Of a stretch of DNA of 64,000 nucleotides, positions 1 through 11,411 are shown piece by piece. A program made the position numbers and the translations under genes. Position 1 is the first letter of the stretch. Each line of letters opens with the position of its first letter. This stretch comes from a virus, in IMG/VR virus record IMGVR_UViG_3300018424_005577, positions 37,912 through 101,911 of that record. One strand, written 5' to 3'. Below the pieces are notes generated by a model, which was not told where the DNA came from, ran no database searches, and was given only the letters and a program-made list of their open reading frames with translations.

Positions 1-1
1 C

Positions 2-3000
2 TATCCAGAATTTGTCACCTTCTCTAATATTTGCAAATGTTAAAGATAACAAACTATTATACTGATTTAGAACAAATTCTACATCTTCTGAATTTACATA
101 ACCAGAATTTTTTGTGTATGTTTTAGTAACATACTTTTCAGGAAATGGTGCATGATTATAATTTTGCGGACGCAAATATGTTTCAAATGGCTGTATTCTG
201 TAAACTAAATCAGTTTCTAATCCAGTGATTCTATCTACTAGTTCAAAACTTTGCGGACTTAGGCGCATTTTACTTTCGTCTAATTTATACTCAACTTCTT
301 CAAATCCGTCGGCTGCGCCATACTGGCCGCATTTGATTGCCCATTCTTCATAAAATTCTAAACTATCTTTGTCTGCACTGCTTAATACATTAAACAATTT
401 ATCTAAGGCATTCTGTGTGCCTTTATCTTGTATCATTCCCTGATAAAACTTATACTGACTTACATCATCATTAATAATATTTGCTAGGTAGTCTCTATTT
501 TGATATCCTATCAAATGCTGTGCAAATTTTTGCTGTTCTATATCAAAATTATCTGTGTCTAAATCATAAAAATCTGCAAATTGATTAACCTTGTATTCAA
601 AGTTTGGAATAAGTTTCATCTCTGGGTCTTCTGACAGACGTACCCATTGATTAGCATCAAATACATTATTACCCGGAACCTTATTTCTTGCAGTGTAGAA
701 AAACTCTTTATACTTAACAAGGTCACCTATAGCATAATCTTTCCATTGTTCCCATTCGGTAACTCTTGCATTATCAAAAATAAAACCTGGAACATTTAAA
801 CTACCGTCCCAGTCTGTAGTTCTATAACCTAGTACTTTAATTCTTTCTTGTCTATAGCCTGGTTCTTGATCATAAATTATATCTCCAAACACTGTTTTGT
901 TGTCTATTAAAACTACATGTTCTTTTTGAACAAGAGATAATCTAATTCCAAATATACCATCAGCAGTAGCCTTAGGCTTAATTACAAATTCGTTTGGATT
1001 CTCTCTCGTTAGTCTAGCATTCTGCGGTTCTAACTTTTTGCCATCAGCTTTAAATAAACTGTATCCATAAAAAGTATCGTAAATATCATCTACTATAGAA
1101 TACTCTGAATTAAATTTAATTTGAAATGCGCCCGGGCTTAGGGTAATAACACTGCCTGCTCCCCAATTTTGTGTTGTCCAGAACATAAATTCTTTGGAGC
1201 TAGTTTGCCAGTCTGCAATAAAACCATTTTCTTCGTCAAAATAATCAAAAACAAAGCCCTGACTTTCTAAATATTTTCCGTATCCTAACAAAAAGTCAAC
1301 AACCTGTTGTATAGTTGTGTAAACTGTTCCGTAAGAAACTTTTTCAGGAATTGTTGAGAATGTTCTCCTAAATACTGCTTGACGACCACCTACAACTGGT
1401 AGTTCTGGAATTTTTGCAAATTTTGTACTATCAAATTCAGTTGTGCTAGTATGTGTTGTTGTTACACGATAATAATTATTTTCAAATTCTACAATAGATC
1501 CTGCACTATATAATTTATTAGAATCCCATAATATAAATGTTTGACTTACGCCGCCCACATTAATAACAGGATCACTTTCTATTTCAAACGGTCTATAATA
1601 TGTAAAATAAGGTTGTTGTACATTGTAGCCTTTTACAACAAAACCGTAACTTTGTTTTTCTATGATTACACCGCTATAGGTTATATTTTTTATAGGACTA
1701 CTTGTGTTTAAAAATATTTTGTAATTTTCTTCAGGTACAAAAACATTTCCTTCGTTTAAAGGAGTTCTACTATCTAGCAATAATTTAAATTTGTCTTTAG
1801 AAGTATATCCTCCTAATTTAAATCCTATAAAGTTTGAAATATTTTTTAAATTATTTTTATACGAATCATATGTTACAGTAACATCAGAAGATAGATAATC
1901 AAAAACATAATTAACAAATCCACTTGTATAAACTCGTTGTGTATCCTTTATAGTATTTGGAAAAACAATATTAGATAGTTTTAATTGAACATTAGGATTA
2001 TCATAGATAATGTCATCTACTAATCCTCTTTTTTGACGAAGTCTGTCCCATGCTACACTCATTGACCTATTAGGCTGGTTAACAAATATAGACGCAACTA
2101 AAGCAAATGGATATTCTGAGCTATTTCTCCATGTAGTCTCTACAGGACTATGGTCGCCATATACAAAGTTAAAATCAAGGTCAGTTGTAATAAACTCTTT
2201 GACATAACCGCTGTATACAGGACTTACCAACTCGCCATTTTCGTCTACAGGCAAATGATCTAATAAATCCGGACGTTTGTATTTTTCATTAACTGTATAC
2301 GAACCTTGTGCGTTTCTAACTATACCGTTTTGAATATCTTCCCATAACAGGAAATTATTACTTGTATAAGGTGCTTCTCCGTACTGTTCGTCCCACCAAG
2401 TAGGTTTGATAGTAAAGCCTTGCATTTCCCAAGGATGAGTATGCGGACGGTCTGTATCATAGGCCCATTTATAAATTCCGCGCCACCAACCGCTAATTGC
2501 ATTACCGCTTGGATCTAACATTCCTTTATGGTTAAATGTAAAAGAGTTTTCCCTAATATAGTTTATATTGTCTGTGTAATCGTTATCTACAAGTTGCAAC
2601 CATTGAACAAAATCACTTAACATTGTGTCATCTAACTGCTTTTTAGTAACACCTGTATTTCTATATTCGCTAGGCACATAGTCGCTAATATCAAACAGAT
2701 CCTTGTCATATTCAACTTTAAGGTTATTGTAAATTCTTCTTTCGAACTCAAGAATTAACTCATCTCTAAAATCGCCATAAGTTTTTATAATACTTCCGTC
2801 ATGGCCTTGAATTACTTCAGTAGGTTCTAAATATCTATCGTCAATAAATTTAGTAGGAATATACTTAGGATATAACCCTAATTTTGTTGGAGTAGCAGGA
2901 CAGAAAGATCCGTTAGTTGATTCATATTCATAAATTTCTATGACATCGCCGATTTGCTTTATAGTTGTAATAATAGCAAAACCTTCGCTGTTAAAAGTAT

Positions 3001-5947
3001 AATCAACGCCGTGTACTAATTGAATGCCGTTTTGATATATCTGCACAGCTTTATCGCTTGCATTTTCTAAACTAAATGGATAAGTCAATGCAAAAAATTG
3101 GAGATCGATGTCATTTATTTCAAATACATTACGAGTCGATGCTCCTGTAGGAATCATGTCTGTAAAATAAAACGGCATTGTATTTGTTTTATCTTTAAGC
3201 ATTTCACGTAAGATTAAATCTACGTGTGTTTTAACTGGTCCGTCAAAACCTAGTTCTTCGGCTTTTTTTATAAATGTTCTTTTATATTTTCCGTATTCTC
3301 TTCGAGCATATTTTATAGCCTTTACTAAATTAGATTCTTTGTCTAGTAAATGATATAATGCTAAGTTCATTGGTGCAGAATGTTTTACAATTCTTTTACC
3401 ATATTTTGTAATATCTGTAATATCACGTAAATTACTTACTCCGGGAAATAAACCATCAAAATTATCTGCTTCTTCTACGATAGACCTTACATGGTCATTA
3501 ACTTCGCCTAGTGTAAATTCAGTTATGTTTTCGTTTAAAGGATTTCTTTCAAAATTATTTGCTATTTCGTAGTAACCGTTTTCATTTTTTACAGCAGAAC
3601 TACGTGTTTTTATTTTAATAACATCGCCATAATTAGGTGCTACTGTAAAATTAATTACAGATTGATTTTCGTTATTTGTTGTAAGAGTATAATCTATATT
3701 AGGTTGTTGAATTTGATTATTAACAAAAACTCTAATCCATAAATCTTCTAATAATGCACTTTCATCATATACATCAATAGGATATGATATTCTTGTATTA
3801 TCTACATCATACTGTCTAATAACATTTTGACTACTTAAAGTGTCTGCTTTTTTCCAACCGTTTACATACTCAAAGTCAGAAAGCCCGTTATACTTTCTTA
3901 AATAACCTATACCGGACAACGTTGTACTATAAGATTCATCGACATATGCAATGCCATCTGAAAGTAAGTCAAAGTTAAAAACTAAATCACCTACGTTCTG
4001 TATGCTTCTATAAGATAAAGGAAATCCTAATTCTGTATCATTTGTGCCGCTGCCAACTTTATATGAAAAAAGTTTTGTTCCGGTAAAGTCTTGCGATTCG
4101 TAATAATTAGTATCTCCTAAACTGTTACCATTTACATCATAAATGTCAAATAAAGGCGACTGGTTAATTGTTGTTTTGTCTTGAGCTAGTTGCCAACGTG
4201 TTCCGTTGTAAAACAACATTTTACCTTTGTAAACTTCTCCATTTTTACAAAGAACAACTTCATTTTCGATTGGAGCAGAATCTTCAACTTCTAAAAGCGC
4301 AATTTGTCTAGAATTTCCAAACAATATAAAACTTACTTCGTAAATTCTACCATTTACCCTTTCATCAGTATCTGCGGTAAACATAACTCGCATACCGTTG
4401 GCTAAATCTACTCCGTCAACATTGTAACCTTCAGATCCTTCTATAGTACTAAAAACATCAATTGTAAAATCATCAACTAAGTCGATGTTACTTTTAACTT
4501 GTGTTCCAAAATTAAATAATTTTAAATTAGATTCAAACTCTATAATTGGTCTTACTGCTCTTTTTGTTTGATCTATATTAGCAGGTATACCATTTATACT
4601 TGCAGATTTTTCAATAATGCTTTTATGGAACCATCTATTATATTTTGACCAAAGGTTACCATCTTTACTACCGCGGTTAATTGTAATATAATCTTTGTTG
4701 ACAGGATAACCAATTGCTTCAGAATATGGCAAGTTGTCAAATCCGTCATTGTCAAAACTTACTTCAAGGTCAGTAGTAAAAGAACTAGGTACATTTAATT
4801 CTACTTCAGAAATAAGAACAATTTTGTCACCTACACCTTCTACATACCAATTTCCTGTATTATATTTTTCAGGTATTACAGTTCCTTGGAAAGAAAGTTT
4901 CATACCATTTGATATTTCTATACCACTATTAGTAGTATATGTCTTCTTTCCTAATATTTCTGTACCTACATCTAATGAAGATGCTTCGTCAATATCGTAA
5001 ATTCTTATTAAATTTCCTGCATTTACATCAGTGTCTGCAACATAGTAAATTTCATTAGGAGTGCCGTTGTCGGGAGTAAACTCGATTACTCCTTTTTCTA
5101 CTCCATTATCACTAACTTCCCTAGTTAAATTAAATGTAGTATCTATTTCCCACTTACTTGCATCATCGGTAAACTCTTTAGATGCTCTAAAGTCTTGTAA
5201 CGATTTATAAATTGTATTTTGATAAAAAACTCTTTCGCCAATAGAATACAAAGTTTCTGGCACCCAAGCTGGAGCATTTTCTCTTTTTGATCTTAGTGAA
5301 AACGGCAATCCTGGTGTGTCTATTTCAAATCTATAAGTAACACCTCTGTACAAAGTTAGTTGAGGATTTTGTGTAATACCGTCAGGAGATAAAATATATG
5401 CAAAATTATCTGTGTTGTCTATAGATCTTACAGTGTATGTGCTTACAACTAGATCGCTTACACCAGATACTGTGATTGCTTGAGGACCGTCTGGCAGCCA
5501 ATAATATTCACGAAAGTTTACAAATTTATCCCAATTGATATGAGGATTCCATGCATAGTATTCTTGTCTATTTAAAATGCTATGGTCATCTACTGTGCCG
5601 TCTAAGTTTTTAATTTGATTAATGTAATCATTATAGTCTCTATAAAAATTAACATTACCTAAATCGTCTTTAATTACTGCCGCTGGCTCAAGTTGATAAT
5701 TTTCTCTTTGTTGATTTACATCGCCGATATAAAAATCATCTATAGCATGACCCGGAGAACTTTTTCTTCCGACATAGCCATTTAGTTTTTCTGCAACACC
5801 GGGTTGTATAAGTTGATCAAGTGTGCTAGATAAAAACTTGTTGTTAACTTCAGACCTAAAGTAACGGGGCAGATGCTGAGAACTTTTTCTGCGTTGTTTT
5901 CCATCGCCTGGCAACGGAAGCTCATTTTGATCTTTATTATAAGCCAT
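2..5947 (-). CDS. Giant baseplate/virion structural protein (gp7-like wedge by position), partial, ~1980 aa in window, runs off left edge
   Basis: Not in ORF track because incomplete. ATG at 5947 overlaps the gp6-like stop (TAATG). Reads MAYNKDQNELPLPGDGKQRRKSSQHLPRYFRSEVNNKFLSSTLDQLIQPG...; same frame still open at window start (...NIREGDKFWI). Has W-x5-Y-x2-G-x2-V-x-[YF] (CBM5/12-like) repeats. Frame spot-checked, not read codon by codon. Confidence 0.8.
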   Translation of the reverse strand, partial: MAYNKDQNELPLPGDGKQRRKSSQHLPRYFRSEVNNKFLSSTLDQLIQPGVAEKLNGYVGRKSSPGHAIDDFYIGDVNQQRENYQLEPAAVIKDDLGNVNFYRDYNDYINQIKNLDGTVDDHSILNRQEYYAWNPHINWDKFVNFREYYWLPDGPQAITVSGVSDLVVSTYTVRSIDNTDNFAYILSPDGITQNPQLTLYRGVTYRFEIDTPGLPFSLRSKRENAPAWVPETLYSIGERVFYQNTIYKSLQDFRASKEFTDDASKWEIDTTFNLTREVSDNGVEKGVIEFTPDNGTPNEIYYVADTDVNAGNLIRIYDIDEASSLDVGTEILGKKTYTTNSGIEISNGMKLSFQGTVIPEKYNTGNWYVEGVGDKIVLISEVELNVPSSFTTDLEVSFDNDGFDNLPYSEAIGYPVNKDYITINRGSKDGNLWSKYNRWFHKSIIEKSASINGIPANIDQTKRAVRPIIEFESNLKLFNFGTQVKSNIDLVDDFTIDVFSTIEGSEGYNVDGVDLANGMRVMFTADTDERVNGRIYEVSFILFGNSRQIALLEVEDSAPIENEVVLCKNGEVYKGKMLFYNGTRWQLAQDKTTINQSPLFDIYDVNGNSLGDTNYYESQDFTGTKLFSYKVGSGTNDTELGFPLSYRSIQNVGDLVFNFDLLSDGIAYVDESYSTTLSGIGYLRKYNGLSDFEYVNGWKKADTLSSQNVIRQYDVDNTRISYPIDVYDESALLEDLWIRVFVNNQIQQPNIDYTLTTNNENQSVINFTVAPNYGDVIKIKTRSSAVKNENGYYEIANNFERNPLNENITEFTLGEVNDHVRSIVEEADNFDGLFPGVSNLRDITDITKYGKRIVKHSAPMNLALYHLLDKESNLVKAIKYARREYGKYKRTFIKKAEELGFDGPVKTHVDLILREMLKDKTNTMPFYFTDMIPTGASTRNVFEINDIDLQFFALTYPFSLENASDKAVQIYQNGIQLVHGVDYTFNSEGFAIITTIKQIGDVIEIYEYESTNGSFCPATPTKLGLYPKYIPTKFIDDRYLEPTEVIQGHDGSIIKTYGDFRDELILEFERRIYNNLKVEYDKDLFDISDYVPSEYRNTGVTKKQLDDTMLSDFVQWLQLVDNDYTDNINYIRENSFTFNHKGMLDPSGNAISGWWRGIYKWAYDTDRPHTHPWEMQGFTIKPTWWDEQYGEAPYTSNNFLLWEDIQNGIVRNAQGSYTVNEKYKRPDLLDHLPVDENGELVSPVYSGYVKEFITTDLDFNFVYGDHSPVETTWRNSSEYPFALVASIFVNQPNRSMSVAWDRLRQKRGLVDDIIYDNPNVQLKLSNIVFPNTIKDTQRVYTSGFVNYVFDYLSSDVTVTYDSYKNNLKNISNFIGFKLGGYTSKDKFKLLLDSRTPLNEGNVFVPEENYKIFLNTSSPIKNITYSGVIIEKQSYGFVVKGYNVQQPYFTYYRPFEIESDPVINVGGVSQTFILWDSNKLYSAGSIVEFENNYYRVTTTHTSTTEFDSTKFAKIPELPVVGGRQAVFRRTFSTIPEKVSYGTVYTTIQQVVDFLLGYGKYLESQGFVFDYFDEENGFIADWQTSSKEFMFWTTQNWGAGSVITLSPGAFQIKFNSEYSIVDDIYDTFYGYSLFKADGKKLEPQNARLTRENPNEFVIKPKATADGIFGIRLSLVQKEHVVLIDNKTVFGDIIYDQEPGYRQERIKVLGYRTTDWDGSLNVPGFIFDNARVTEWEQWKDYAIGDLVKYKEFFYTARNKVPGNNVFDANQWVRLSEDPEMKLIPNFEYKVNQFADFYDLDTDNFDIEQQKFAQHLIGYQNRDYLANIINDDVSQYKFYQGMIQDKGTQNALDKLFNVLSSADKDSLEFYEEWAIKCGQYGAADGFEEVEYKLDESKMRLSPQSFELVDRITGLETDLVYRIQPFETYLRPQNYNHAPFPEKYVTKTYTKNSGYVNSEDVEFVLNQYNSLLSLTFANIREGDKFWI

Positions 5948-8900
5948 TAGTAACTAAGTCCTCCGGTATTTGATGAGCTAAAAGAACCACTTTGTATTCC
6001 TGTATTTGTTGTTGTTACTTCTGTAACAATATTACCGCTTGCTTTTAATCTATTTGCTGTTATAGCATCTATAATATCTATGTCTGCAACTGTTGCCGCG
6101 CTAATAAAAATTTCGTCTGCTTCAGATTTTATTTCATACAATGAACCAAATGATTGATCTTCTTGTACTGGAACAATTACAAATGTAACTAAATCCGGAG
6201 ATAATTCATTCATTACATAACTAGAAAGTTCTGAGAAATAAAACTTATCTCCAAAGTCCCAATTTTCAAGTGCAAAAAATCTGTTTACAGCACGAATTAC
6301 ATTAGACTTTAGTTCATTATCATTTATAACTAAATCAGGATTTTTAACTATTTTGAATCTAGCTTGCAAATCAGCCTCCGCCTTGTCTCCAAAAAGCACT
6401 TTATACTTAACCGGATGATAAATTACTTCATCGCTAAGTGATTTAATTTTGTTAATTTCAGACCCATAACTTATAAACAAATCATCACTACTAGGAGGAA
6501 GAGGTTTATCATTTATACTGTCATCTAGATATTGCCTAAACAAAGAGTCGTATCCTCTTGTTAAGAGATAAGTGTCTATTATATTACTTGCACTAGGATC
6601 AATTCTCGAATTTTGATCAGCGGCATGTAGGTATTGGAATTTAAAACCTGCACGGCCAATTTGCGCTTTATATTCACTAGTAACTGTAAGTTCACTATTA
6701 TTATTCAAAACTTCAAAAATATCTTCTTCTAGATAGTAGAATGTAGTGCCTGCATCATATTGGCTAATGGCGCCAATAGTAGCTTTCGATGTAAAGATTT
6801 TTAAGTTTATAGAATCTTTATCTACATAAACAAAGTCATTTACTCCGTCAGTAGTTGTAATCTTTTTAAGAATAACTAGTTTATCAATAGCATTAGTTTC
6901 TTCATCTACAATTTCTGCAAATAAATCAGGGTTGTCAACTACACCATCATCGTCGGAATCAAAGAAACTAACTTGTATTTTTTTGCTATCTACATATCCT
7001 TCAGCATCTCTATATTCTTCAACTATTTCCCAGTCAAAATCATAATTAAAAGGATACAAGCTATCAGGTTTATTGTTTATGTTTAAGATACTAATTTTAT
7101 CCTTAATAATTTTTCCGGTTTTATTGTTATAAATTTTATCAGTACTATCGTAATAAAATCTAACCTCTTGATCACTTTCAAAAACATACCTCATTGCTCT
7201 ATAGGTAATTGTATATTTTTCACCATCAGTTTGGAATAGTAACAACCAACTACTATCAAGTTGTTGTCCTGTGCTATCGCCTGTTTTACCTGTGCTAAAT
7301 TCACTCGAGATGTCTAAATTATCTTCAGTTACTATTCGCCATTCGCCATTTACTTGATCATATCTTAAACCAAAAGTTTGATATGCAAAAATCTGTGTAA
7401 CTGCCTGGGCTTTTACGTCAGCAGTTAATGCTGTTGGTAATGCTGTACGAATTTCTGTTAATCTTGATCCGGTAGGAATAACATCGTTGAATACAATAGG
7501 ACCTGTGCCGTCTTCTAATAGCTCAGTACCGTCGTCGCTTACGCTAACAACTTTAGTCCATTTGTATGTTGAACCTCCCCTGTAATCTGGTTCACCATCT
7601 ACAAGTTCACCGTTTAAAAAATGTTTGCCGGCAGGCGGTTCAAATTTTAACAAACTGTTTAGTTTTACATATTTCATGTTAGAACCAGTAAATGTTCCAA
7701 CTTTAACTTTTACAGAATTAGGATTTGTAAGATAACCTGTAACAGAATTAGTATCAGAAGTAATCTGATTCCAGACCGAACCTAAATCATCAACAAACAA
7801 ACGAGGATATTTGTCATAATAATAATTTCTAACTTTTATACTTCCTAATATTGGCTGAATAGTGTTAACAATAGCGCCTTCAATATCAGTTAATGTATCA
7901 AAACTAAATGTTTGTTTTAAGCTAAGATAATCTTTGTAAATTGAACCATCTTTACCGTACAAGTTTGTAGTAGAATATTTGCCTGTTGCATCTACTAAAT
8001 CAAAATATCTGCTTATACCACTAGAGGTTCTGTTAACTGCTTTTGCCTTTACAATTTCTTGACTTGTTGTAAGCGGTCCGATTTGATAATCTTCTGCTGT
8101 AATTAATCTATTTTGAGTATAATAAGTTGCAGGAGCATTAGCTTTTATGCTTGCATTTGATTCAGATACTGTTGCGTTATCTACAGTATATTTTAATGAT
8201 AAAGTTAGAGTAATTGTTTCTGCTTTTCCTGCTTTAGATACATATGGTATTCTTATTGAAATTCCTCGCATATCATCAGGGGTTACTAATACTCTTTGAT
8301 TTTTACTAGTTCTATAGTAAACTCTAAAATTACCTTGAGGTAAATTACCAAATACACCGTCTGAGAAGATTAAACTAATTCTATCTTCAATTCTTGTCAA
8401 GACACTGTATATGTTTCTTTGGTTTCTAGAAAGACTATTATAAATTATGTTGTTACCTTCGACCGAATCAACTTTTGTCCATAACTCTTGCTCATTACCT
8501 AAACTATCTAATTTATAAAGCCAAACATCACTTTGATTAATATTCGTTGCATCAACTGCAACTACTTGGCTAGTACTAGGATTGGTGACATTAAATGTGC
8601 CTGTGTCTAATGTACCTTGTCTAAAGTGTACAAAAAATCCTGTGTTTGAACTAGCAGAACCTTGTCCATCATCTCTATATAAAAATGCAAAGTTGTTTCC
8701 TGGAAACGGTGCTTCTTCAACAATTTCTGCATCAGTAATATCAGTAGAAATTATTTCAAAACTAGTGCTTCTACCATCTACTGTTTTTGTAAAACTATAG
8801 GCTGGAACTTCAGTATTTGTACTATTAAATCTATATTGTTGAGTAGGAATATCATTTATTATTCCGCTTTTAACTGGACGGCCGACTGTACCGTTAACTG

Positions 8901-9393
8901 GTAATGCGGCATTTAATACTCTAGTATATTGCTCAAACCAATCTGGGTTACTTGGGTCATTCCATAGAATAGTTTGATTCTCTAAATTAATGTTATTACT
9001 GTCTGTTACTTCTTCAGTTGTAGATACTGAATCTATTTTTAGTAGGCCATTTGCACATCTATTTCTTTTAGGATTATACGATAGTAATCTTGCTAAACGA
9101 AGTACGCTCTCACGACGCTCTGCAAGTTCTAAATAGTTTTCACGAGCATTAAGATCAATACGGAAAGCAATGTTTTGACCGAGGTAGGCAATAAGGTCAA
9201 TAAGTGCAAGATATTCACTTGATTCTGTGTAGTCATTAAAGTCTTCTGGATAGTTTTCACGCAAGTATGCGATCATTGTACGACGAAGATTATCAAAGTC
9301 ATACGACTTAAAATCTGCGTTTCTAAAAGTTTGGTATACTCGCTTCCAATCTTCTGCAAGTAGTAGTCTATTTTGTCTATCTGTTGACGACAT
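5947..9393 (-). CDS. Baseplate wedge subunit, T4 gp6 / baseplate J-like
   Basis: N-terminal YDFDNLRRTMIAYLR..DFNDY.ESSEY..LIDLIAY..AERRESVLRLARLLSY and ES..SIK.NAP..Y.TQNR.IT.EDY motifs typical of gp6; next to gp25-like gene. Confidence 0.85.
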   Translation of the reverse strand: MSSTDRQNRLLLAEDWKRVYQTFRNADFKSYDFDNLRRTMIAYLRENYPEDFNDYTESSEYLALIDLIAYLGQNIAFRIDLNARENYLELAERRESVLRLARLLSYNPKRNRCANGLLKIDSVSTTEEVTDSNNINLENQTILWNDPSNPDWFEQYTRVLNAALPVNGTVGRPVKSGIINDIPTQQYRFNSTNTEVPAYSFTKTVDGRSTSFEIISTDITDAEIVEEAPFPGNNFAFLYRDDGQGSASSNTGFFVHFRQGTLDTGTFNVTNPSTSQVVAVDATNINQSDVWLYKLDSLGNEQELWTKVDSVEGNNIIYNSLSRNQRNIYSVLTRIEDRISLIFSDGVFGNLPQGNFRVYYRTSKNQRVLVTPDDMRGISIRIPYVSKAGKAETITLTLSLKYTVDNATVSESNASIKANAPATYYTQNRLITAEDYQIGPLTTSQEIVKAKAVNRTSSGISRYFDLVDATGKYSTTNLYGKDGSIYKDYLSLKQTFSFDTLTDIEGAIVNTIQPILGSIKVRNYYYDKYPRLFVDDLGSVWNQITSDTNSVTGYLTNPNSVKVKVGTFTGSNMKYVKLNSLLKFEPPAGKHFLNGELVDGEPDYRGGSTYKWTKVVSVSDDGTELLEDGTGPIVFNDVIPTGSRLTEIRTALPTALTADVKAQAVTQIFAYQTFGLRYDQVNGEWRIVTEDNLDISSEFSTGKTGDSTGQQLDSSWLLLFQTDGEKYTITYRAMRYVFESDQEVRFYYDSTDKIYNNKTGKIIKDKISILNINNKPDSLYPFNYDFDWEIVEEYRDAEGYVDSKKIQVSFFDSDDDGVVDNPDLFAEIVDEETNAIDKLVILKKITTTDGVNDFVYVDKDSINLKIFTSKATIGAISQYDAGTTFYYLEEDIFEVLNNNSELTVTSEYKAQIGRAGFKFQYLHAADQNSRIDPSASNIIDTYLLTRGYDSLFRQYLDDSINDKPLPPSSDDLFISYGSEINKIKSLSDEVIYHPVKYKVLFGDKAEADLQARFKIVKNPDLVINDNELKSNVIRAVNRFFALENWDFGDKFYFSELSSYVMNELSPDLVTFVIVPVQEDQSFGSLYEIKSEADEIFISAATVADIDIIDAITANRLKASGNIVTEVTTTNTGIQSGSFSSSNTGGLSY

Positions 9394-9415
9394 CGCCTAT
9401 TCCTCTAATATAAAC

Positions 9416-9421
9416 TATTTA
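9416..9421 (-). promoter_or_regulatory. T4-type late promoter (CTAAATA) for gp6-like gene
   Basis: TAAATA in the short intergenic gap upstream of the gene and its GAGGA Shine-Dalgarno; a gp55 homologue is present. Confidence 0.6.
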
Positions 9422-9449
9422 GCGTATTTGATAAAGTGCGTAGTTTATT

Positions 9450-9896
9450 CTATGCAAGAAAGCCAGCGTTTTCATCAAATTTTAGCCTCATAGATTCTGA
9501 TATGTTATAAGGCAAATATGTTAAACTACACTCAATTTGAATTCCACTTTCATAAGTGTCTACTGTAATATTATCAACTGTTACTCTTGGGTCATAATTT
9601 ATAATTTTTGACACATTTTTTATGATTGCATCTTTAAGAGGTTCGGTTAATGGTTCGTACAGTAAATCCCAAACAATCGTTCCGAATGACGGGTCACTTA
9701 ACTTTTCGCCTTGTCTTATGTGAAAATGATTAATAATATCTTGTTTTATTAAGGCAATATCGTATAAAGTCCACGAAGTAGCATCAGGGTTTACTGTGCT
9801 TGTACCTACATATGCCCTACTTTCAGGAATTACTTTAGCCTTTTTACCTGAAGGGACAATAATTTGTTTGTATATGCTTTTTTCTAATGAACTCAT
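9450..9896 (-). CDS. Baseplate wedge subunit gp25-like (sheath initiator)
   Basis: IKQDIINHF.IRQGEK...P.FGT.VWDLLYEP....YDPRV motif of the gp25/GPW family. Confidence 0.9.
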   Translation of the reverse strand: MSSLEKSIYKQIIVPSGKKAKVIPESRAYVGTSTVNPDATSWTLYDIALIKQDIINHFHIRQGEKLSDPSFGTIVWDLLYEPLTEPLKDAIIKNVSKIINYDPRVTVDNITVDTYESGIQIECSLTYLPYNISESMRLKFDENAGFLA

Positions 9897-9903
9897 AACG
9901 TAT

Positions 9904-11409
9904 TTAACCTCTATTTGGTTCTTGTATTACTTCTGTGTTTTGCGCCGGAGACTCTTGAGCAGGAGCCTCGGCTCTCTGTGTATTCTTTGCAAACGTATCT
10001 GGAGTACCAATGCCAGGCTCGGCTCCATTTAAATGTTCATGACCGTCCCATGGCTCGTGTTCTGGCACACGTTGTGACGGTTCTGCGTCGGCTGCCTCTG
10101 ATGGTTCAGTTGCAGTAGGACCGTTTTGTTCTATTGGTCCTGTGAATGTATGTTTACCTGCGGTCCAATGTGTATTGGCAGCGCCTAATCTAGTGTCGCC
10201 GCCAGATTTTACGTCAACTAATCCGCCTGTTGTAAGTTTTCCGTCTGTACCTACTTTTATTTCCCAATTTGCATCAGCAGATTGAAAAATATTTGCGCCA
10301 GCTTTCATATGTATATCTGCGCCAGCTTCGAAATACATACTTCCATCTGCTTTAAAATTCATATTAGACTCAGTATGTACACTTACATCACTAGCGGCAT
10401 AAATGTCTACTTTACCATTACTGCTTAATTCTATCCATGCAGTGCCTCTGCTATTGCCTATATAGATAAAGTCTTCAGTATTATGCATTAATATCTGATG
10501 GCCAGTTCTAGTTCTTAGTCTAACTAATTCGTTATGAGGTCTAGTTACATCACCATCTGTTTCGCCACCTTCAGCATTTGCGTATTCTGGAGGTGTTGCA
10601 TCTGGGCCGCCTGGAGGACCTTTTCTAAGTAACGATGGATCGCCGTCATCAAATACTAGACTAGTTCCGCCTAGTCTATTATGAGCTGTTGTTGTTTGAG
10701 CAAATTTTTCTCCATACCTAGCTTTAGGTGCACCGTCTCTTCTATCTTGCGGTCCAGGTGTGCTTATACCAAAAACAGTACTAGGTACTTCTCGTCTAGC
10801 ACTAGAAGAAGTTAAACCTCTAAATTCATCTTCGAGTAATCCTTGTTCTTGCAAAAAATCTTGTGCATCTGTGTTGACTGGTTTAATAAATTTCGTTGCG
10901 TCTCTTCCGCTAGCTGTTTCTGTTTTTTTATTAAATTCTCCAACAGGCAATTTTTTAGAACTATCTTGATCATTAAACGTTGTTGCAGGAGCACCTGCCG
11001 GTAACATAAAATTAGTATATTCTTCTTGAATGCAACCTATCCAAAAGTACTGTCCGCCTTCTGCACAAATAACTAAAACCTGAGTTCCTATATCAGGAGG
11101 TACTGCCCAAAATCCGTAACTTTTTTGACTAAACTGATGTCCTCCGTTAGCTGTCAGCCCGTTATAAGGCGTAATACCATAAAACGGACTTAGGTAACTG
11201 CAAGGTACAGACTTACCCGGAGTATCTGGTGAGTTACCAGAACCTGCTTTAGTTTGTATTAATACTTCTAATCTACCTGCATATGTAGTATCTAAATGAT
11301 TAGTAACAACTCCAATAAACGGGCCAGGATTGTTAGCACCTGAGGTGTCAACAGCAGAGGATACTGTACGTGTTTCTTGTCCGGTATTTTGATTAACTGG
11401 GTCTGTCAT
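9904..11409 (-). CDS. Baseplate central spike gp5/VgrG-like (OB-fold plus beta-helix, no lysozyme domain evident)
   Basis: D....GRL.V, SYGFWAVPPDIGTQVLV OB-fold motif; RLRTRTGHQILMH; beta-helix repeats; C-terminal RVPEHEPWDGHE. Confidence 0.8.
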   Translation of the reverse strand: MTDPVNQNTGQETRTVSSAVDTSGANNPGPFIGVVTNHLDTTYAGRLEVLIQTKAGSGNSPDTPGKSVPCSYLSPFYGITPYNGLTANGGHQFSQKSYGFWAVPPDIGTQVLVICAEGGQYFWIGCIQEEYTNFMLPAGAPATTFNDQDSSKKLPVGEFNKKTETASGRDATKFIKPVNTDAQDFLQEQGLLEDEFRGLTSSSARREVPSTVFGISTPGPQDRRDGAPKARYGEKFAQTTTAHNRLGGTSLVFDDGDPSLLRKGPPGGPDATPPEYANAEGGETDGDVTRPHNELVRLRTRTGHQILMHNTEDFIYIGNSRGTAWIELSSNGKVDIYAASDVSVHTESNMNFKADGSMYFEAGADIHMKAGANIFQSADANWEIKVGTDGKLTTGGLVDVKSGGDTRLGAANTHWTAGKHTFTGPIEQNGPTATEPSEAADAEPSQRVPEHEPWDGHEHLNGAEPGIGTPDTFAKNTQRAEAPAQESPAQNTEVIQEPNRG

Positions 11410-11411
11410 TA